Notes under the pieces: generated by a model
Databases searched by the model: none
The model's input: only the letters and a program-made list of their open reading frames with translations
Told to the model about the DNA's origin: nothing
In this document: piece after piece, positions 26,353 to 39,608 of the stretch
Layout of the letters: every line of letters starts with the position of its first letter
Numbering within the stretch: the stretch's first letter is position 1
From: Chara braunii
Taxonomy: Eukaryota; Plantae; Charophyceae
Direction of reading: 5' to 3'
Assembly: GCA_003427395.1 (NCBI GenBank)
Contig: BFEA01000009.1
Span: 4,039,660-4,103,659 of the forward strand
Length of the DNA: 64,000 bases
Translations under genes and position numbers: made by a program

Positions 26353-26386
26353 TTAGTTTAGAGGAGATATATTATATTTTGACAGG

Positions 26387-26397
26387 TGGCGACTCTG
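26387..26397 (+). promoter_or_regulatory. Possible tRNA-Arg-type PBS (Ogre-like)
   Basis: TGGCGACTCTG 2 nt after TTTGACA; only 11 nt match. Confidence 0.45.
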
Positions 26398-26599
26398 ACA
26401 ATCCACTTTACATAGAGGAGATTTTGTCATAGGTCTACCTTTCCTTGGCCAATGGCTTAGAGGTAGACCTAGGCTTGGCTATCAGGAGAGTCTTGAGTGA
26501 GAACCTGTCATGGGGATTTGATCTCAATACATTGACGATTTAGCTTGGACATTGACATGTCGTATGATACAGGTCTTCTTTGGACATACGATCTAGGAT

Positions 26600-28090
26600 T
26601 TGGACTAGCTTCAGCTTGATCCTACGAGGATCATTTTCTGTTATCACTGATAACAGGTCGGTTGGTTGACCGCCGACTCGTCGGCTCACGACACGACTTT
26701 ACTTACACGTGTACCTCAACTTGATTGCCTCAGTCCTGAGATTTTGATATGTTTCTTTGAGGATTTTAACCGGACTTCTTTCAATGGTCATTATAAAGAA
26801 CTTATGAGATTTATGAAAATTTGGGCTATGACTGGGGCTTGAGTGTGTGAGGTGTGGTGTGAGTTACAAGGAACAGTGAAGTTGACCACTTTGGTGTATG
26901 ACAATGGGCCTATTGTGTGTGTCTGTGTTTTGTGCAGGTTAGTATTTGGAGCTTGATATATGAGCCGTACCGTGGAGACGGTGAGAATGACAACCATGTG
27001 ACGCGCGATCTGCATACCTGATGGGTTTATGTTTCCCTTCTTTTATTTTATCTCGAGTCCTTATTTGATATATGGGTGTGGGGATGTTTATTTATTTATG
27101 AGATAATTTTGCTTATTAATTTTGATAGTTGGACGTTGTAGTCCGTGGCAACCCCCTTGACTTATTTCCAGGCCCTGAACGATAGAGCTTGTCTCCAAGG
27201 CAATAAGAGATGATTGCCACCACAGGTATGAACTTGTGTACCACCCACTCTCCGCAGGGTGCAGAAGAGGGTGTGGTTCTCAACTGCACTTGGCAGTTAT
27301 CCAACGTCGAGATGTCATTCCCTCAAGACGCGTATCAACCGACACTTGAGTGTCGAATGCGACCCTCGAGATTAACGAGGATGGCATGAGTATGGGTACT
27401 ATATAGTACGCCATCATTGCGACTGCTTGCATATACTTGCATTGCGAGTCGATATGAGTTAGCCCTGTGTCCGCACGGTTTTATACTAAGTCTCGTGCGC
27501 GTCGCCTATCCGATTTCCACGTCGAAGAGTTATGGGATGACTACTAAGGGACTAGGAGTGTTATCACGTTGTTCGTTCTGTGTTGTTCTGTAAATGAATG
27601 TGTATGTGTGCGTGTTTTTTTATTTTTATATTCTTTAGAGTGGCGTGTGCGTGGTGCGTAGGATGCGTCCTAGTCAACCGGCAGTGAGCCGCGTTTGGGA
27701 CCTCAGCCCCCCAAGATGTCAGTTCACGTGCAGGACCAATACAGGCGTATTACCGCACGTACCCCCTACGCTACAGCGAACGAGAAACGCCCTCGGCTGG
27801 TCCACCTCTGCGATTGCAACTGATCAGCTTTCATATTGTGGACTGGTAGCTCTGCGGGGATATGCCCACCGAAGGGAAGTGACAGCTCCCGCAAGGTGGA
27901 GGTAAGTCGTGCCTCGCGTAGGCCCTATCCTGTCGTAGGAGCTCGTGAGAGGTATGGCTGGCGTACTCGGCCGGAGCGGCTAGGGAAAACTCCATTATGT
28001 ATTCGCGACGAGGATAAGACCAACTCCTGCGTGACGCGGCCGGAAGGGTCCCGCCCTGCCTTGTGCAGTGCCGGACCGATGCGCTCGACA
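26600..28090 (+). repeat. LTR copy 2 of element B
   Basis: Aligns with 13669-15167 throughout, ends CTCGACA; true start may lie further left (TGTCG at 26558). Confidence 0.85.
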
Positions 28091-28521
28091 ACGGGCGCTG
28101 AGGTGAGGGGCGTTGCAAGGCAGCGAGCGCACAACAGCCATAGCCGGGCTGCAAGAGCGCAAGGCACGTGATGGCGAAGGTGGTTTTCATGTAGGAGGCG
28201 CATGTTGTGGGGAAACGAGAGGTGATGAGGAGAGGAGAGAGAACGTACATGGTGTACGTTGGTAATCGGCATTGGTGTTGACGTCACGTACATTGGTCTT
28301 AGACTTCAGAGTAATCCAGTTGCGAGAACGTAGATAGGCTAGATAGGCTGAGTAGGATAGGCTGGGCGTTGGGCATCAGGCAGAGTGGCGACATTGATAC
28401 TCGAGTTCATTGTATTGCTCGTGGGTGCAGTGTACTCTCCGCTTGGTTCATTACTATCTGAGTTACTACATGATTTTGCAATTTGGATTTTTGTCTATCG
28501 CTCTCGCTCATATTCCTTGCA
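28091..28521 (+). repeat. 3' part of 5' LTR of element C
   Basis: 28170-28521 aligns with 36275-36583 (ggcattggtgttgacgtcacgtacattggtctt shared); ends CTTGCA. Confidence 0.8.
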
Positions 28522-28524
28522 AAT

Positions 28525-28535
28525 TGGTATCAGAG
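28525..28535 (+). promoter_or_regulatory. Primer-binding site, tRNA-iMet
   Basis: TGGTATCAGAG 3 nt after LTR end. Confidence 0.9.
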
Positions 28536-29899
28536 TTGGTTTGAGATCGCCATTACCGGCACTGGCAACATTGTTACTTGGTGTTATGACAAAGCTTCTA
28601 TGAAGTGAGGATACATTGGTGCTGACATAGTTTGCCCCTCCCGAGTAAAGGGGAGGCTGGCAAGAAGGTCGTGGCACGGCGTGGAAGTTGTGGCAACAAC
28701 GGGTGTGTATGAGATAATGAGAGCATGCTGACATGCATTTTGGTTGAGGCGGCACTGCATTGCATTGCACGTGGTACCAAGGCTATGACCGGTCATCAAA
28801 ATGCACCTCGGCTGAATTGGTGAGAAATTTATGGTTGGGGGCAGCTATCTCCAGGTATGTTGTTCCCTTACCTTATCTTCCCATCTCAATCTCTTCTTAC
28901 TGTGAGGAAGTGAGTCTATCTTGAGTGTCCTCCTCTCGTTCAGGAGTTGTGAGCACTCTACCTTGAAAGTCGACATTCTTTCTAGCGGTGCATCTGGAAG
29001 GAGAGGGTTGTACCTCTGAAGGGCCATGGTCGAAGCACGGGTCACGATCACCATGCCAGCCCATGGGAGTAGAGCATGCATGCTTTGTTGCTTTGTCCTT
29101 TATGCTTTTGCTGCGTTGTAGAGGGGACGTGGACTGACCAGTCCTATGCAAGACGTTTACCTGACCGTTTATAAATTATTTCTGGCAGGATCTGATCTGG
29201 TTGTGATTATCGTCATGTCTGCAACGTTAAATAATTCCTGAGGACCTTGGGGGTTATCCTTAAACTGCCTCTTGATCAGCCAGATCAGTCGGATGTAAGG
29301 CTTGTTGCTCACGAGGATAAATAACGGGCATTACTAGTCATAAGCGGGTTCATGGGCACAAGGGTGGACCAATATGCACACGACAAACACTGCTACTTGA
29401 TGATGTAAGTCAGACTCGTTGGATACAGGGGAAGGGAAGGTTTCAATTAGTGCTCGTATACAAACACAATTATTTCCATTACCGCATACATTTGTGCACT
29501 TGATTTATTTCTATTTTGATTAGTTGAGGTATGACAGACTGCCAACGCCTGACAAACAACATTAGTTTAGAACTGAAGTAGTCTACCATTGCCAGTTTTT
29601 TGTTATGTTGCTGTAGGATAACTAATCGGAATAGGAATAGATCAATTGGTCAGTCTGTTGACACGACTTGATCGGTAGCATGCGTGACTTGCCGAATATT
29701 TATTTATTTTTAATTTTTTTCAACTCGATCAGACACGTGTTGTGGTAGGCTCCAGTGACGGAACTAGTGCAGACGGTGATCTGGTTAGTTGATGAGAGGT
29801 ACAGATAGTGGTGAAGGGATAGCTGACGATAGGAGGCAAACACGGTGGGATACACAAAGGATTCCGGTAGTGGTTCAAGTTATGTTACTTGTTTCAAGG

Positions 29900-31600
29900 T
29901 ACCATGCCAGAGCAAGACCCCGAAATTTGCAGACTGTTAAGGAGGCAGCAAGAGCTGCAGAGCAAGTGCTTGCAGCAAAAGCAGCTAGCGTTGTAGCGAT
30001 GGCTACATCTGCAGCGACCTTTCAAGGTCAGCAGATGTCAGGAACTTTATCGAGTTTCTTTGCCTCATCCAGTGGGATACGTGTAGGACCTTCCACAAGT
30101 CAGATGGCGGGCTCGCAGTACAACTCGCCACCTCCACATACTACAGAAGCCATAAAAATCTAGCAAGTGGAGTTAATCCACTTACGGTTAGAGAAGGAAC
30201 TTAGGGAAACTACCGAAAGAGAAACCGAGATTAAAAATAGGAAAGTCAGATTAGAGACTAGAAGGGCAAACAAAGCTGCAATAGAAGGGTTAGGCAACTC
30301 GACAATTGATAACACGAGTAAAATCCTCAAGGCAGGTATGTTGAGCATGTACGCTTACATGGACAGCAAACTGGATGCAATCCAGGATGCCCTTGACCAG
30401 ATACGAAATGCCACGCAGAAAAAAGGACCACATCCCTCCTTAGCTAGTGGGCCCAATGTCCGGTTGCAAGCAGCATTTCCATCGCCAATAGTAACACAGG
30501 CGATGACAGGCCCATTCGCCACTCAATTTGGTACCCCACCAAGTGGTACGTCAGCAGCAACAACACAAACTGCTCCTTCTTCACCTTGAAGTCCAGTTGC
30601 TGTTGCTACGAGGAAGCAGCCAGTTCTACAAATGGAACTACAACAACCTTAGTACCCCAAGACCGCATTGAAACCACCCCCGTCTTTCTCGGGAGATAAG
30701 AGGACGAGACACTTGACATATGGTTGAGGACGGCTCCAATGTGGGTTAGGGCAAAGAGGACGTTGCTAGAAGAACAGGTGATCACCGCCGCCTCATACCT
30801 TTAGGGATCGGCAACAAGATGGCTAGATGGAATAGTGGCATTTGAGGGATACGGTCGGCGAATGAATGATTGGGCAAAGACCCACACATTGGAGAGTTTC
30901 ATAGCATTGGTAGAAATGTGATGGCACAACCCCCACCATGCCCAACAGGCCACTTATGCGTTGGCCCAGCTTGATACCAAAAGGTACCAAGCCCCCGTGT
31001 GAGTTCATCGCCACTGTGGAGAAACTCGTAGTCGTCCCAGGATTCCGCTATGATTCACAAGTTTTACTGACCATGTATCTAAAATGTCTTCCCATAGACA
31101 TCAAGAACTTGATGGTGCACAAGGCAAGCATCGATTATCACACTCTTGACTCCTTCGCCAAGAAGGCCCTAGATTTAGAGGCTAAGCTAGGAGGAGCATA
31201 ACAACCTCCCACGAACGATAGGAAGAAGAAGCCCCCACAAGAATGGAAGAAGAAAAGTAGTCAAGTGATGATGGTTGATTCCAGTGGGAATCAAACCAAG
31301 ATCGACGATTTTTCTGATCTTGTGGAGGAGACAGAGATAGGTAGCGAGAAGAGTGCAGCGGGTGGCAACCTCGCCACCATAACCAAAGGAAAGGCAATTG
31401 TCCGCGGCAAGGGCTGTCAGCAAAAGAGTCAGGGGCAGGCTCATAACTCAAACAAGATAGAGGCTTGGGTGGGGGCTGGTCTGGATTAGGATGTGTGGAG
31501 GGACTGATACTCGCGAGGAGCTTGCATTAACTATGGCGAATATGGTCATCAGTAGTTCAAATGCAACAACACAAAAGTCTCTCAAAAGATTCCTCCAGTT
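29900..31600 (+). pseudogene. gag: gag remnant of element C
   Basis: Fragmented ORFs 30167-30589, 30938-31201 (EFIATVEKL...YLKCLP), 31265-31489; position between PBS and protease. Confidence 0.65.
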
Positions 31601-31879
31601 CAAATGCAATAACACAAAAGTCTCTCAAAAGATTCCTCCCAAAGATGGTTTTGTGGGGTCGTTCACCCAAAGTGGTGCCTCTACAAGCTCCAACCAGAGA
31701 AGCATATCTGGTCAGAATAGAAGTTATTGTTGCTTATACTCATGATGAAGTGATTGATGTACCCTCACCACTTCACGAGTTGGTCAAAGGTATTGACTCG
31801 ACGCTTTGTTCGTTAGATGTATCTGAGGTCTTAGAAGATTTGGAAACTAAGTGGTCGGCAAGGGACCCTCGTGAGTCTT

Positions 31880-33600
31880 GGGTGGCACTATCTACAGGTC
31901 CTAGAAGGGAGCATTTCATAGTGGAAGTCGGTGTAGGTCACCGCAAGTGTGGTGTTTTCGTAGACATTGGCTCCACACGGAACTTCATAAGTCGCGACTA
32001 TGTTGAGAAACTGCGCATAGGGGACCGGGTGCAGCGCTTGGGTAGATCTATAGCATCTACTCTGGCCAACAAAGAGTGTATGGTGTAAGTAACTACATCA
32101 AGGATGTAGCCCACACGTTCTACTATGGAGGTGGGGAATTAATCATACGATTTTGTTCCTAATTAGCGACGATTTGTCATTTGACATGTTGTTAGGTATG
32201 TTCTACCTCAAGGTTGCAAAGCCCAGTTCGACTGGGACCGAAAGGTGTTTAAGCATGTACTACCACAATCTGATAGACACGTACGGTTGTATGTGTGCAT
32301 CAACATTCTACAATTCTTATAAATAGAACCAAGAGGAGCCTATGTACTTAGTTTTTGTCTTTGAGAAAGGGGATGTCCTTAAAACACCTCTAGAGATAGA
32401 AATTATCGTCGTTGACCTGTTCAAGGCGCCTTCAGAAGTCGTAGATAGGGAGATTGTCCATGCCATATATATCACCCTAGATAGCAAAACAACGAAGGGA
32501 AGAATCTATAGGATAGCTCCGGCCGAGTTGGACAAGCTTCGTCGGCAGCTGAAAGAGCTCACCGAGAATTGGATTTGGCGTAACACCTCCCCCTTCGGCT
32601 CACCAGTTCTATTTGTCCCAAAGAAGGGAGGGACACTAAGGATGTACATTGATTGTAGAGGCCTCAATGCCATCACCGTTAAGAACGCAGAGCCTCTACC
32701 ACGCATCGACGACCTCTTGGATAGGGTGCATGGATGTAGGTGCTTTACCAAGATAGACTTAAAATCCTGCTACCATCAGATTGCCATTAGACCAGAGGAC
32801 CAACACAAAACCGCATTTCAAACTAGGTACGGTCCATATAAGTTTGTGGCGATGCCCTTTGGCCTTCGCAATGCGCCGACCACATTCTATCACGCCATGA
32901 ACATGATTTTTCATGACTATTAGGATAAATTCATCGTCGTGTACCTCGATGACATTCTGATCTTTAGTAAAACAACCGAGGAGCATGCCCAGCACATAAA
33001 AACAATATTTTCACATGTGCGACAAGACAATTATAAGATCGATTTAAAGAAATGTGACTTCCGTTGCACTAAATTTTTATACTTGGGTCATGAAATATCC
33101 GCGGAAGAGATAAGGCTCGAAGATGCCAAGATGGCTAGCATTCATGACTAGCCACGACCTCAATTTGTAACCAAGGTCAACTCGTTTTTAGGAATGACCG
33201 GCTACTATCGCAACTTTGTGAAAAACTGTAGTACGGGTGTCATCCTTCTAACTGACTTACATGCCTTGACACGCCATGCGAATGGAGAGACGAATGTGAG
33301 GCTGCTTTCAAAAGACTAAAGCATGCCCTCATGCATCATAAGGTTCTCATGGTCCCCACCGGAGAGGTCATTCGTTGTAACTACTAATGCAAGCCAATAT
33401 GGCATAGGCGCACTGTTGGCCCAACAGGGGAGGGAAACGTTGAGGCCCATCGAGTCAATGAACAAAAAAATGTCATCAAAGAAGTTGACGAAGTCCACCA
33501 ACGAAAGGGAACTCTATGCCCTTTACAAGGCTTTTGTCCACTGGAAGCACTATTTGTTGGGACGGTTTTTCTACTTAAACCACCAGTACTTCCTAGAGTC
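31880..33600 (+). pseudogene. pol: pol remnant: protease, reverse transcriptase, RNase H
   Basis: VFVDIGSTRNFIS; SPFGSPVLFVPKKGGTLRMYIDCRGLN, PLPRIDDLLD, KTAFQTRYG, MPFGLRNAP, YLDD at ~32942; TNASQYGIGALLAQ, ERELYAL. Confidence 0.95.
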
Positions 33601-34089
33601 GTGCCCGTTAACATGCCAAGATTTTAGAAAACGTACGGGCTACTACAAGAGCGCCCAAATTCATCCGCCTATAAATGTTTCTACTCTTTTTTTTTTCCGC
33701 GGTCGATAGCTAGGCCAAGTACTAGTGGTTTAGGAAACCATCAAACAAGTGGTTCAAGACGCAGCATGTACTCTACACCGCACTCAAATGCTAGATTGAA
33801 GTCATAGATCAATATGACTTCAAGATAGACTATCTGAAAGGAGAGTACAATAAGATTGTTGATGCGCTATCCGATAACTGCATTTCGCTTATTTGACAAT
33901 GTAACTCGAGCATTGGTGGCCGCGTACAAGGAACATCCTCCAATGGTAGACATCATCCACAAACTAGATGTGAAAAACAAAAGCAACATCTGATAAGTTT
34001 GTGATGGTAAATGGATTTCTCTTCCTTGAAAAGGCAGGGTTCAAAAAACTATTTGTATCGTCTAGTGAGATTTCGGGTAGTTTATTTTA

Positions 34090-35570
34090 GGTGAGTGTCA
34101 TGATGCGACAGGTCATTTCGGATATAAGAAGACTAGTGTTGATTTAGTACAACGATTTTTGTGGCCTGGTGTGCTTGACGATTGGAAGAAGAACGTACAG
34201 ACTAATCAAGTCCATCAGTGCGACAAGCAACGTACTCAAGCACCGCTTGGGTTACTCAAGCCCTTGCCCATTCCTGCAGGTCCGAGACAGAGAGTCTCCA
34301 TGGATTTCATGGATACCCTTATCACCAGCAAGAGTGGCAAGAGACACATCTTCTTCATAGTGGATAGGTTCACTAGGTATGTTAGAGTAATAGTCATGCC
34401 TGAACCCGCTAGGACTGAACACGTCATCAAGTTATTCATGGATAACTGGTGCGTGATTTTGGACTGCCCAAGTCTATTATTAGCGACAAAGACATCTGAG
34501 TCACGAGCGAAATGTGGAAGAAGGCTACTGAACAAATGGGAAGCCAACTTCAGATGACCTCGACATCACCTCGAAGCTAACAAACCGCGTGGTGCAACAC
34601 TTGTTGAGGCATTACATTAAGCCCATTCAGGATGATTGGGATGAGAAGCTGCCTCCCATCGCCAGTGTGTATAACAGCGCAGTTCACAGCACCACGGGCA
34701 TCTGTCTGAATGAGCTGCATTTGGGATGGAAGCCTAGATCTGCGCTAGACTTCCCCCTTCCTGAAAACCGACCAGCTGCAACGCCTGGAACTTTAGAGTT
34801 CGGCGTCCAGTATGAAAAGTTGTTGCAGCAGGCTGTCGAGCACGTTAGGAAGTTTCAAGAGGCTATGATTGCCTCTGAGAACAAACACAGACGACAGTCC
34901 ACATTTTGGGTAGGGAAACATGTCCGGGTGAAGGCTAGTGATCTAGGTCAGGAGTTTGGCATCTTTAGAAAACTAATCCCTCAGTATTTTGGTCCTTGGA
35001 AAGTCCTGAATATTGTGGATAGTGATTTGGATGGACCCTCGTATGTGATCAGAATCCCTGGACATCTGCACAATGGCCTTGTGTTTCATGCTTCAAAGCT
35101 TACTCCTTTCGCTGAGACAGATATGTTCCCATCAAGAAGATCCATACTGCCCCGAACCATGGATCGCCACGTGGACGTGGATGACATTTTGGAACACAGA
35201 GACGTGCCAGTTCCAAAACCTGCTGGCAGGGGAAGACCACCCACTCCTGTGAGGGAATAGCGGATCAGGTTCGGACACCATACAGATCCAAAGGAAGATC
35301 ATTGGTTCGGAAAGGAGGAGCTTTGTTAGAACAGCACCTCAGTACAGTTGTATAAAGGGGCGCTGGGCCCGTTTTCTAGCAGGCGGAGCTCCCCACCAAT
35401 AGATGGAGCCTCCTCCGAGGAAGCTTGATGTGTCTGCTCCTACCAGCGGCTCAAGCTCATCCCGTGGTTGTTTCTTAGGGGGGAAAAAAAAAATAAAAAA
35501 TAAAAAAAGCACCTCAGATTGTGGCAGACTACGAGCGAAGACTGAAGCTAATGGCACCTGGGTAGAAGCA
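34090..35570 (+). pseudogene. pol: Integrase and chromodomain remnant
   Basis: HDATGHFG, PLGLLKPLPIP, VSMDFMD, IVDRFT, FGPWKV, VFHASKL; chromodomain VDDILEHR...KEDHW...EEL and, after removing the insert, TAPQIVADYERR. Confidence 0.88.
35343..35507 (+). mobile_element. Short A-tailed retroposon inserted in the chromodomain, 10-bp TSD
   Basis: AGCACCTCAG at 35333-35342 and 35508-35517; A-rich tail; related to insert at 1880-2156. Confidence 0.85.
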
Positions 35571-35642
35571 TCTCAGCAGGGACTTTCGAAGCTCAAGGGG
35601 ACGGAATGCGAGGACTGAGCCCTCACAGGGCCCTAACAGAAA

Positions 35643-36583
35643 TGCAAGTGTTCCCGGCTGGGGGGCCCAGCAAACCTTGTGCCCGCCCTAAGTGAAGGCG
35701 GTCTTGAATATCCACATGAGGCCTATTTTCAACATTTTCCATATGTGAGTACACAGACAGTTGCAGCACGCCAGCTGGTTGCAGGGAAACGTGAGCCTCC
35801 AGGCTCTTTCCAGAAAACAAGGACTGCGATGCACTGTTGGGCCCAGGGTCGGGTGGTTGCTCCCTGGGCACACGGACCGTGAAGCCGACACATCACGCAT
35901 CCACCACAGATGAATGAGAAAGCAGCATTGTCGTCACACAATCTCTGCGAGCCACAATGAGAATGTGGCCAACCCTTGAACCTGGGAGGCTACTTATACG
36001 TGCCCAACCGACAAGGGCCCAGGCCCTTAACTGTAAAGGTGGGCTTGGGCGCAGAGACTGGGGACCGACTGGAAGCCACTCGAAACTTCCCCAGCCAGGC
36101 CCAGGCAGACACACACAGGGGCTGCATTTTTCATAAGGGAAAGGGCCAGCCCAGGCAGGGGCAGTCTGGCCTAGGCAGGCAATGCAGACACGCTGCTGCG
36201 TTGCTGCGCAAGTGTAAGCTGGGATGTATCATGCCCTTAGCACCAATGCGGACACGCTGCTGCGTTGCTGCGCAATGGTGAAGGTGGTCTTCGGGTAGGC
36301 GGCGCATGCTGTGGGGAGACGAGGGGTGATGACGAGAGGAGAGAGAACGTACCTGGTGTATGCCCTTGATCGGCATTGGTGTTGACGTCACGTACATTGG
36401 TCTTCGAATTCAGAGCCATCCAGTTACAAGAACGTAGATACATTAGATAGGCTGAGTAGGATAGGTTGGGCGCCGGGCGCCAGACGGTAAGTTCAATGGT
36501 GCATTGCACTCTCTGCTTGGTTCATGACTATCTGAGCTACTGCATGATTTTGCAACCATTCTGTCTACCGCTCATTCCTTGCA
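35643..36583 (+). repeat. 3' LTR of element C
   Basis: TGCAAG...CTTGCA inverted termini; 3' third homologous to 28170-28521; start inferred from the terminal inversion only. Confidence 0.65.
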
Positions 36584-38877
36584 TTCCACTCAAAAACTCT
36601 GAAAATCGAAGGGTCTGTGGATTTCGTTGTGGTTTTGGCAGGAAAAATATCTTTAAATTGTTTTTTTTTTAAATAGATGGTGAAATAAATGCCACGCCGA
36701 TTCATCTCTACCAAGTGTGGGCCAACCGGATATGTACCTCAACTTCAGCTATTTTTCACGACCAAACGAATGTGTCGGGAAATCTGAAAATTGGACGGTC
36801 CGTAGATTTAGTCGTGATCTTTCCAGGAAAAATATTCAAACAAACAAAAAAGTCCTCTAAACCACGAAATAAATCGCAGCGGAAATTCGATGCATTTTTC
36901 ATTTTTGCCACTCCCCTGGTTCTCCCCACCGTGCTACCGTAGCCCTCTTCAACCTGTGCTACCGGTGTCGGGTGGCTGCCTACCAGCCGAATGCTCCCTT
37001 TTCTTTGATAAGAAAAAAGATTTTGCTTTGCCGCTTGTTTTTTTTTATGTTTTTGTTGAATGAATGCATGTGCCTGAGTGTGTTCGGAGAGATTTTGGGG
37101 TCTCGGCCCCATACTAACCCTTGCATGAGCTAAAAGAGTGGTCGGCACGACAGTCTCCAGCGGGGTCGCGTAGGCTGCAAAGGTCAGAGTTTTGTTAAGG
37201 GCGTGCTCTGGGAACAGAGGAAAGGGGGACGGGCTTTTGGCCAGCCAGAAATGAGGGAGCGGGGGAAGAAGAACGAGTTTGATGTCGGCAGCGGCCATTC
37301 CACTATGGGCGTACGTTGGCCACACCAAGAAGAGAGAAGCCGACTGGGAGCGCTGGAGGTAGTGAGCTCCGGGGATCGACCGAGAGCTTATTTCGGGACG
37401 GGCCGCGACGAGATTCGAACTTGCCCTGAGGAGTCACGACAGAGCCTGGCCGCGGGGCCACGTAGGCTCGGCCAGACGGATGATACAGATGGCAATCGCA
37501 AAATGCAGTGGGTTCGCTCCTCCTCGAATCTGGTGGGGCCGGCCACTCAAGCTCTAGCAAACGGAGGTCGGTTCAATTGACTAGGGGATCAAAAAGAGGG
37601 AGGCGGGGCGAACGTATGGAGAAGAAAGAGGGGGGGGATCAAGCTAGCTGAACTCTAGCTTCAAGAAACCGGAATGGCAGGAGAAAGAAAAGAGAAAAAA
37701 AAGGGGGAAACATGGCTGGATCGGACGAAGAATGGATGAACAAGAATCAAGAAACGGTTAGAACGAAGGAGCGCGCGCGTGCTCCTTCTTGATAACTGTC
37801 GGAGTTTGAAAGAGTTGAAAGGAGGGCCAGACAGGCCATACGGAAGTTGTTGGGATCGAGCGGGAACGGGAGGGCGCAACGGCATAGGCCGAAGCAAGAG
37901 AGAGTGAGGATGGGAAGATGGAATGAGGCGGGGGCAGGGAGCGAGCGAAGAAGAGAAGGTGGGATGCCTGGCGCGAAAACACACAAGCGAAGTTTGGAGG
38001 AATCCGGTGTATGTGGAAAGATCGGCGGACCCGATACACAAATATAGGGAACACTTGCCGGAGAGCGAGCGTGCACGGAAACGCATGCAAAACGGATGAA
38101 AGAGGCTCGGGATCCGAAAGGAAGGTAGAAACGAGTGATCATTGGATGCAGGAAGAGCGAGCGGGATCGCGAAGTCGGCGGGAAGCCAAAAATTTTGGGA
38201 TCAGCGCCGAAACGGAGGAAGGAAGAGCCAGAAGGAATCAAAGGAGGAAGGTGTATAAAAGAGGGGGGGGGGAGACGTGAAGAAGGGAGGCGCACGTCAG
38301 ACTTCAGTAGCGCTTGACAGCGGGCTGGCGCTCGGGCGAACGCAGGAACGAGAAGCGCGGGCGCTTACGAAACCAGCGTACTTATGCACAGACGTGGCAG
38401 CAGAACGCACTTTTGAGCAGCCTGCGAAGGTGCGCGCATGATAGGGGCGTACTCTGGCTACTCTATGCGCCCGAACAAGAGGGGAAGGATCCGCGCACGA
38501 GCTGTGCGGGAGTGGGCGGGGAAGAGCCGACGAGTCCGAGGATACCAAGGCACTCTGGTGCGAGGTAGGAGGCGGCGGTCGCGGCGTCAAGCCAGACCAG
38601 AGCGCGAGCGAGGAGGGCGAGAGGCGAGAGGGGCTCTATGTGCGAGGGGCTACGTCAGAGCGGAGTGGTCCGGCCGTGGGGGGCCATGCGTGAGAAGGAG
38701 CACGGAGGACGCTCGGCTGCGACACAGCTATCGATTCGGGCGAGGGGCGAAGGAGAACGGAGATAAGAGACAACGAAGGTGAACGTGGAGGAGGAAGGGA
38801 GAGGGGGATTCTCGTGCGTTCGCGGTCAGGGGATTCTTCGAGGGATCGTTGGTTAGGCAGGCCACAAGCTTCTCGGT

Positions 38878-39230
38878 GGGAGTTCGCTGGTTACGAGGCT
38901 CTCTTAGCTCGTCACCAGGCTCGCTGAACACAAGCTCCTCAATTGCGAGATTCTACCGGGGAGTCCGCTGGTTACGAGGCTCTCACTTAGCTCGCTGATG
39001 ACCCTGTCACCGGGTTTGCTGATTACGAGTTCCTCAATTGCGAGATTCTACCTGGGAGTCCGCTGGTTACGAGGCTCTCACTTAGCTCGCTGATGACCCT
39101 GTCGCCGGGTTTGCTGATTACGAGCTCCTCAATTGTGAGGTTCTATCTGGGAATTCGCTGGTTACCAGGTTCCCGCTTAGCTCGCTGATGAGCCTGTCAC
39201 TTGGCTCGCTGATTACGAGCTTCTCCATTG
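38878..39230 (+). repeat. 95-bp tandem repeat, 4 units, inside LTR (also 57439-57790)
   Basis: Units start 38878 (shortened), 38959, 39054, 39149; gggagtccgctggttacgaggctctcacttagctcgctgatgaccctgtc... Confidence 0.9.
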
Positions 39231-39608
39231 TGAGTACGTGCGTGAGGTTGCGTGCGACGAGTTTTGCCGTTTTCAAGTTTTTTTTTATGATCACGAGCTC
39301 ATTGGTTCCGGATTCCTCGGTCACAAGTCTCCGCGCGTTAAAAATCTGCCGCACGTGCTCATTAGTTCCGAGCTCCTCGTGGCGCTAGAGCATTACCAAC
39401 CTCTGGCGGCATTCACCAATTACGCGGTAGCAGGTGCACGCGGTGCACGTCCGCTGGGCAAGAGTTCCGGCCGGAGGGCTCCTTTTCTAGTTCGAACCTC
39501 TGAGCTCAGATTCGGCCCTGAGGGAGAAAGGGAGAAGAAGAGAGGGAGAGAGGGAACGAGAAGGGGGAGAGAGAGAGAGAGAGAGAAAGGGGGAAGGAAA
39601 AAAAAAAG

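Larger units (their letters stand above)
23735..26384 (+). repeat. Probable Ogre/Tat-like LTR (2.65 kb)
   Basis: Inverted termini TGTCAAA...TTTGACA; GAGTCGCCA near start; followed by GG-TGGCGACTCTG; no partner LTR in window. Confidence 0.5.
13669..28090 (+). mobile_element. Element B: probable non-autonomous gag-only LTR element with nested inserts
   Basis: Paired ~1.5-kb repeats, PBS, gag remnant, no pol motifs seen between the repeats; no TSD found. Confidence 0.6.
28091..36583 (+). mobile_element. Element C: decayed chromovirus-type Ty3/gypsy retrotransposon
   Basis: Partial 5' LTR 28091-28521, iMet PBS, gag-PR-RT-RH-INT-chromodomain remnants, 3' LTR ending CTTGCA at 36583. Confidence 0.9.

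Noticed and set aside
38990-39200. CTGATGA plus short hairpin in the 95-bp LTR repeat as a hammerhead
   Set aside because: No GAAA box after the stem (followed by TTTG).
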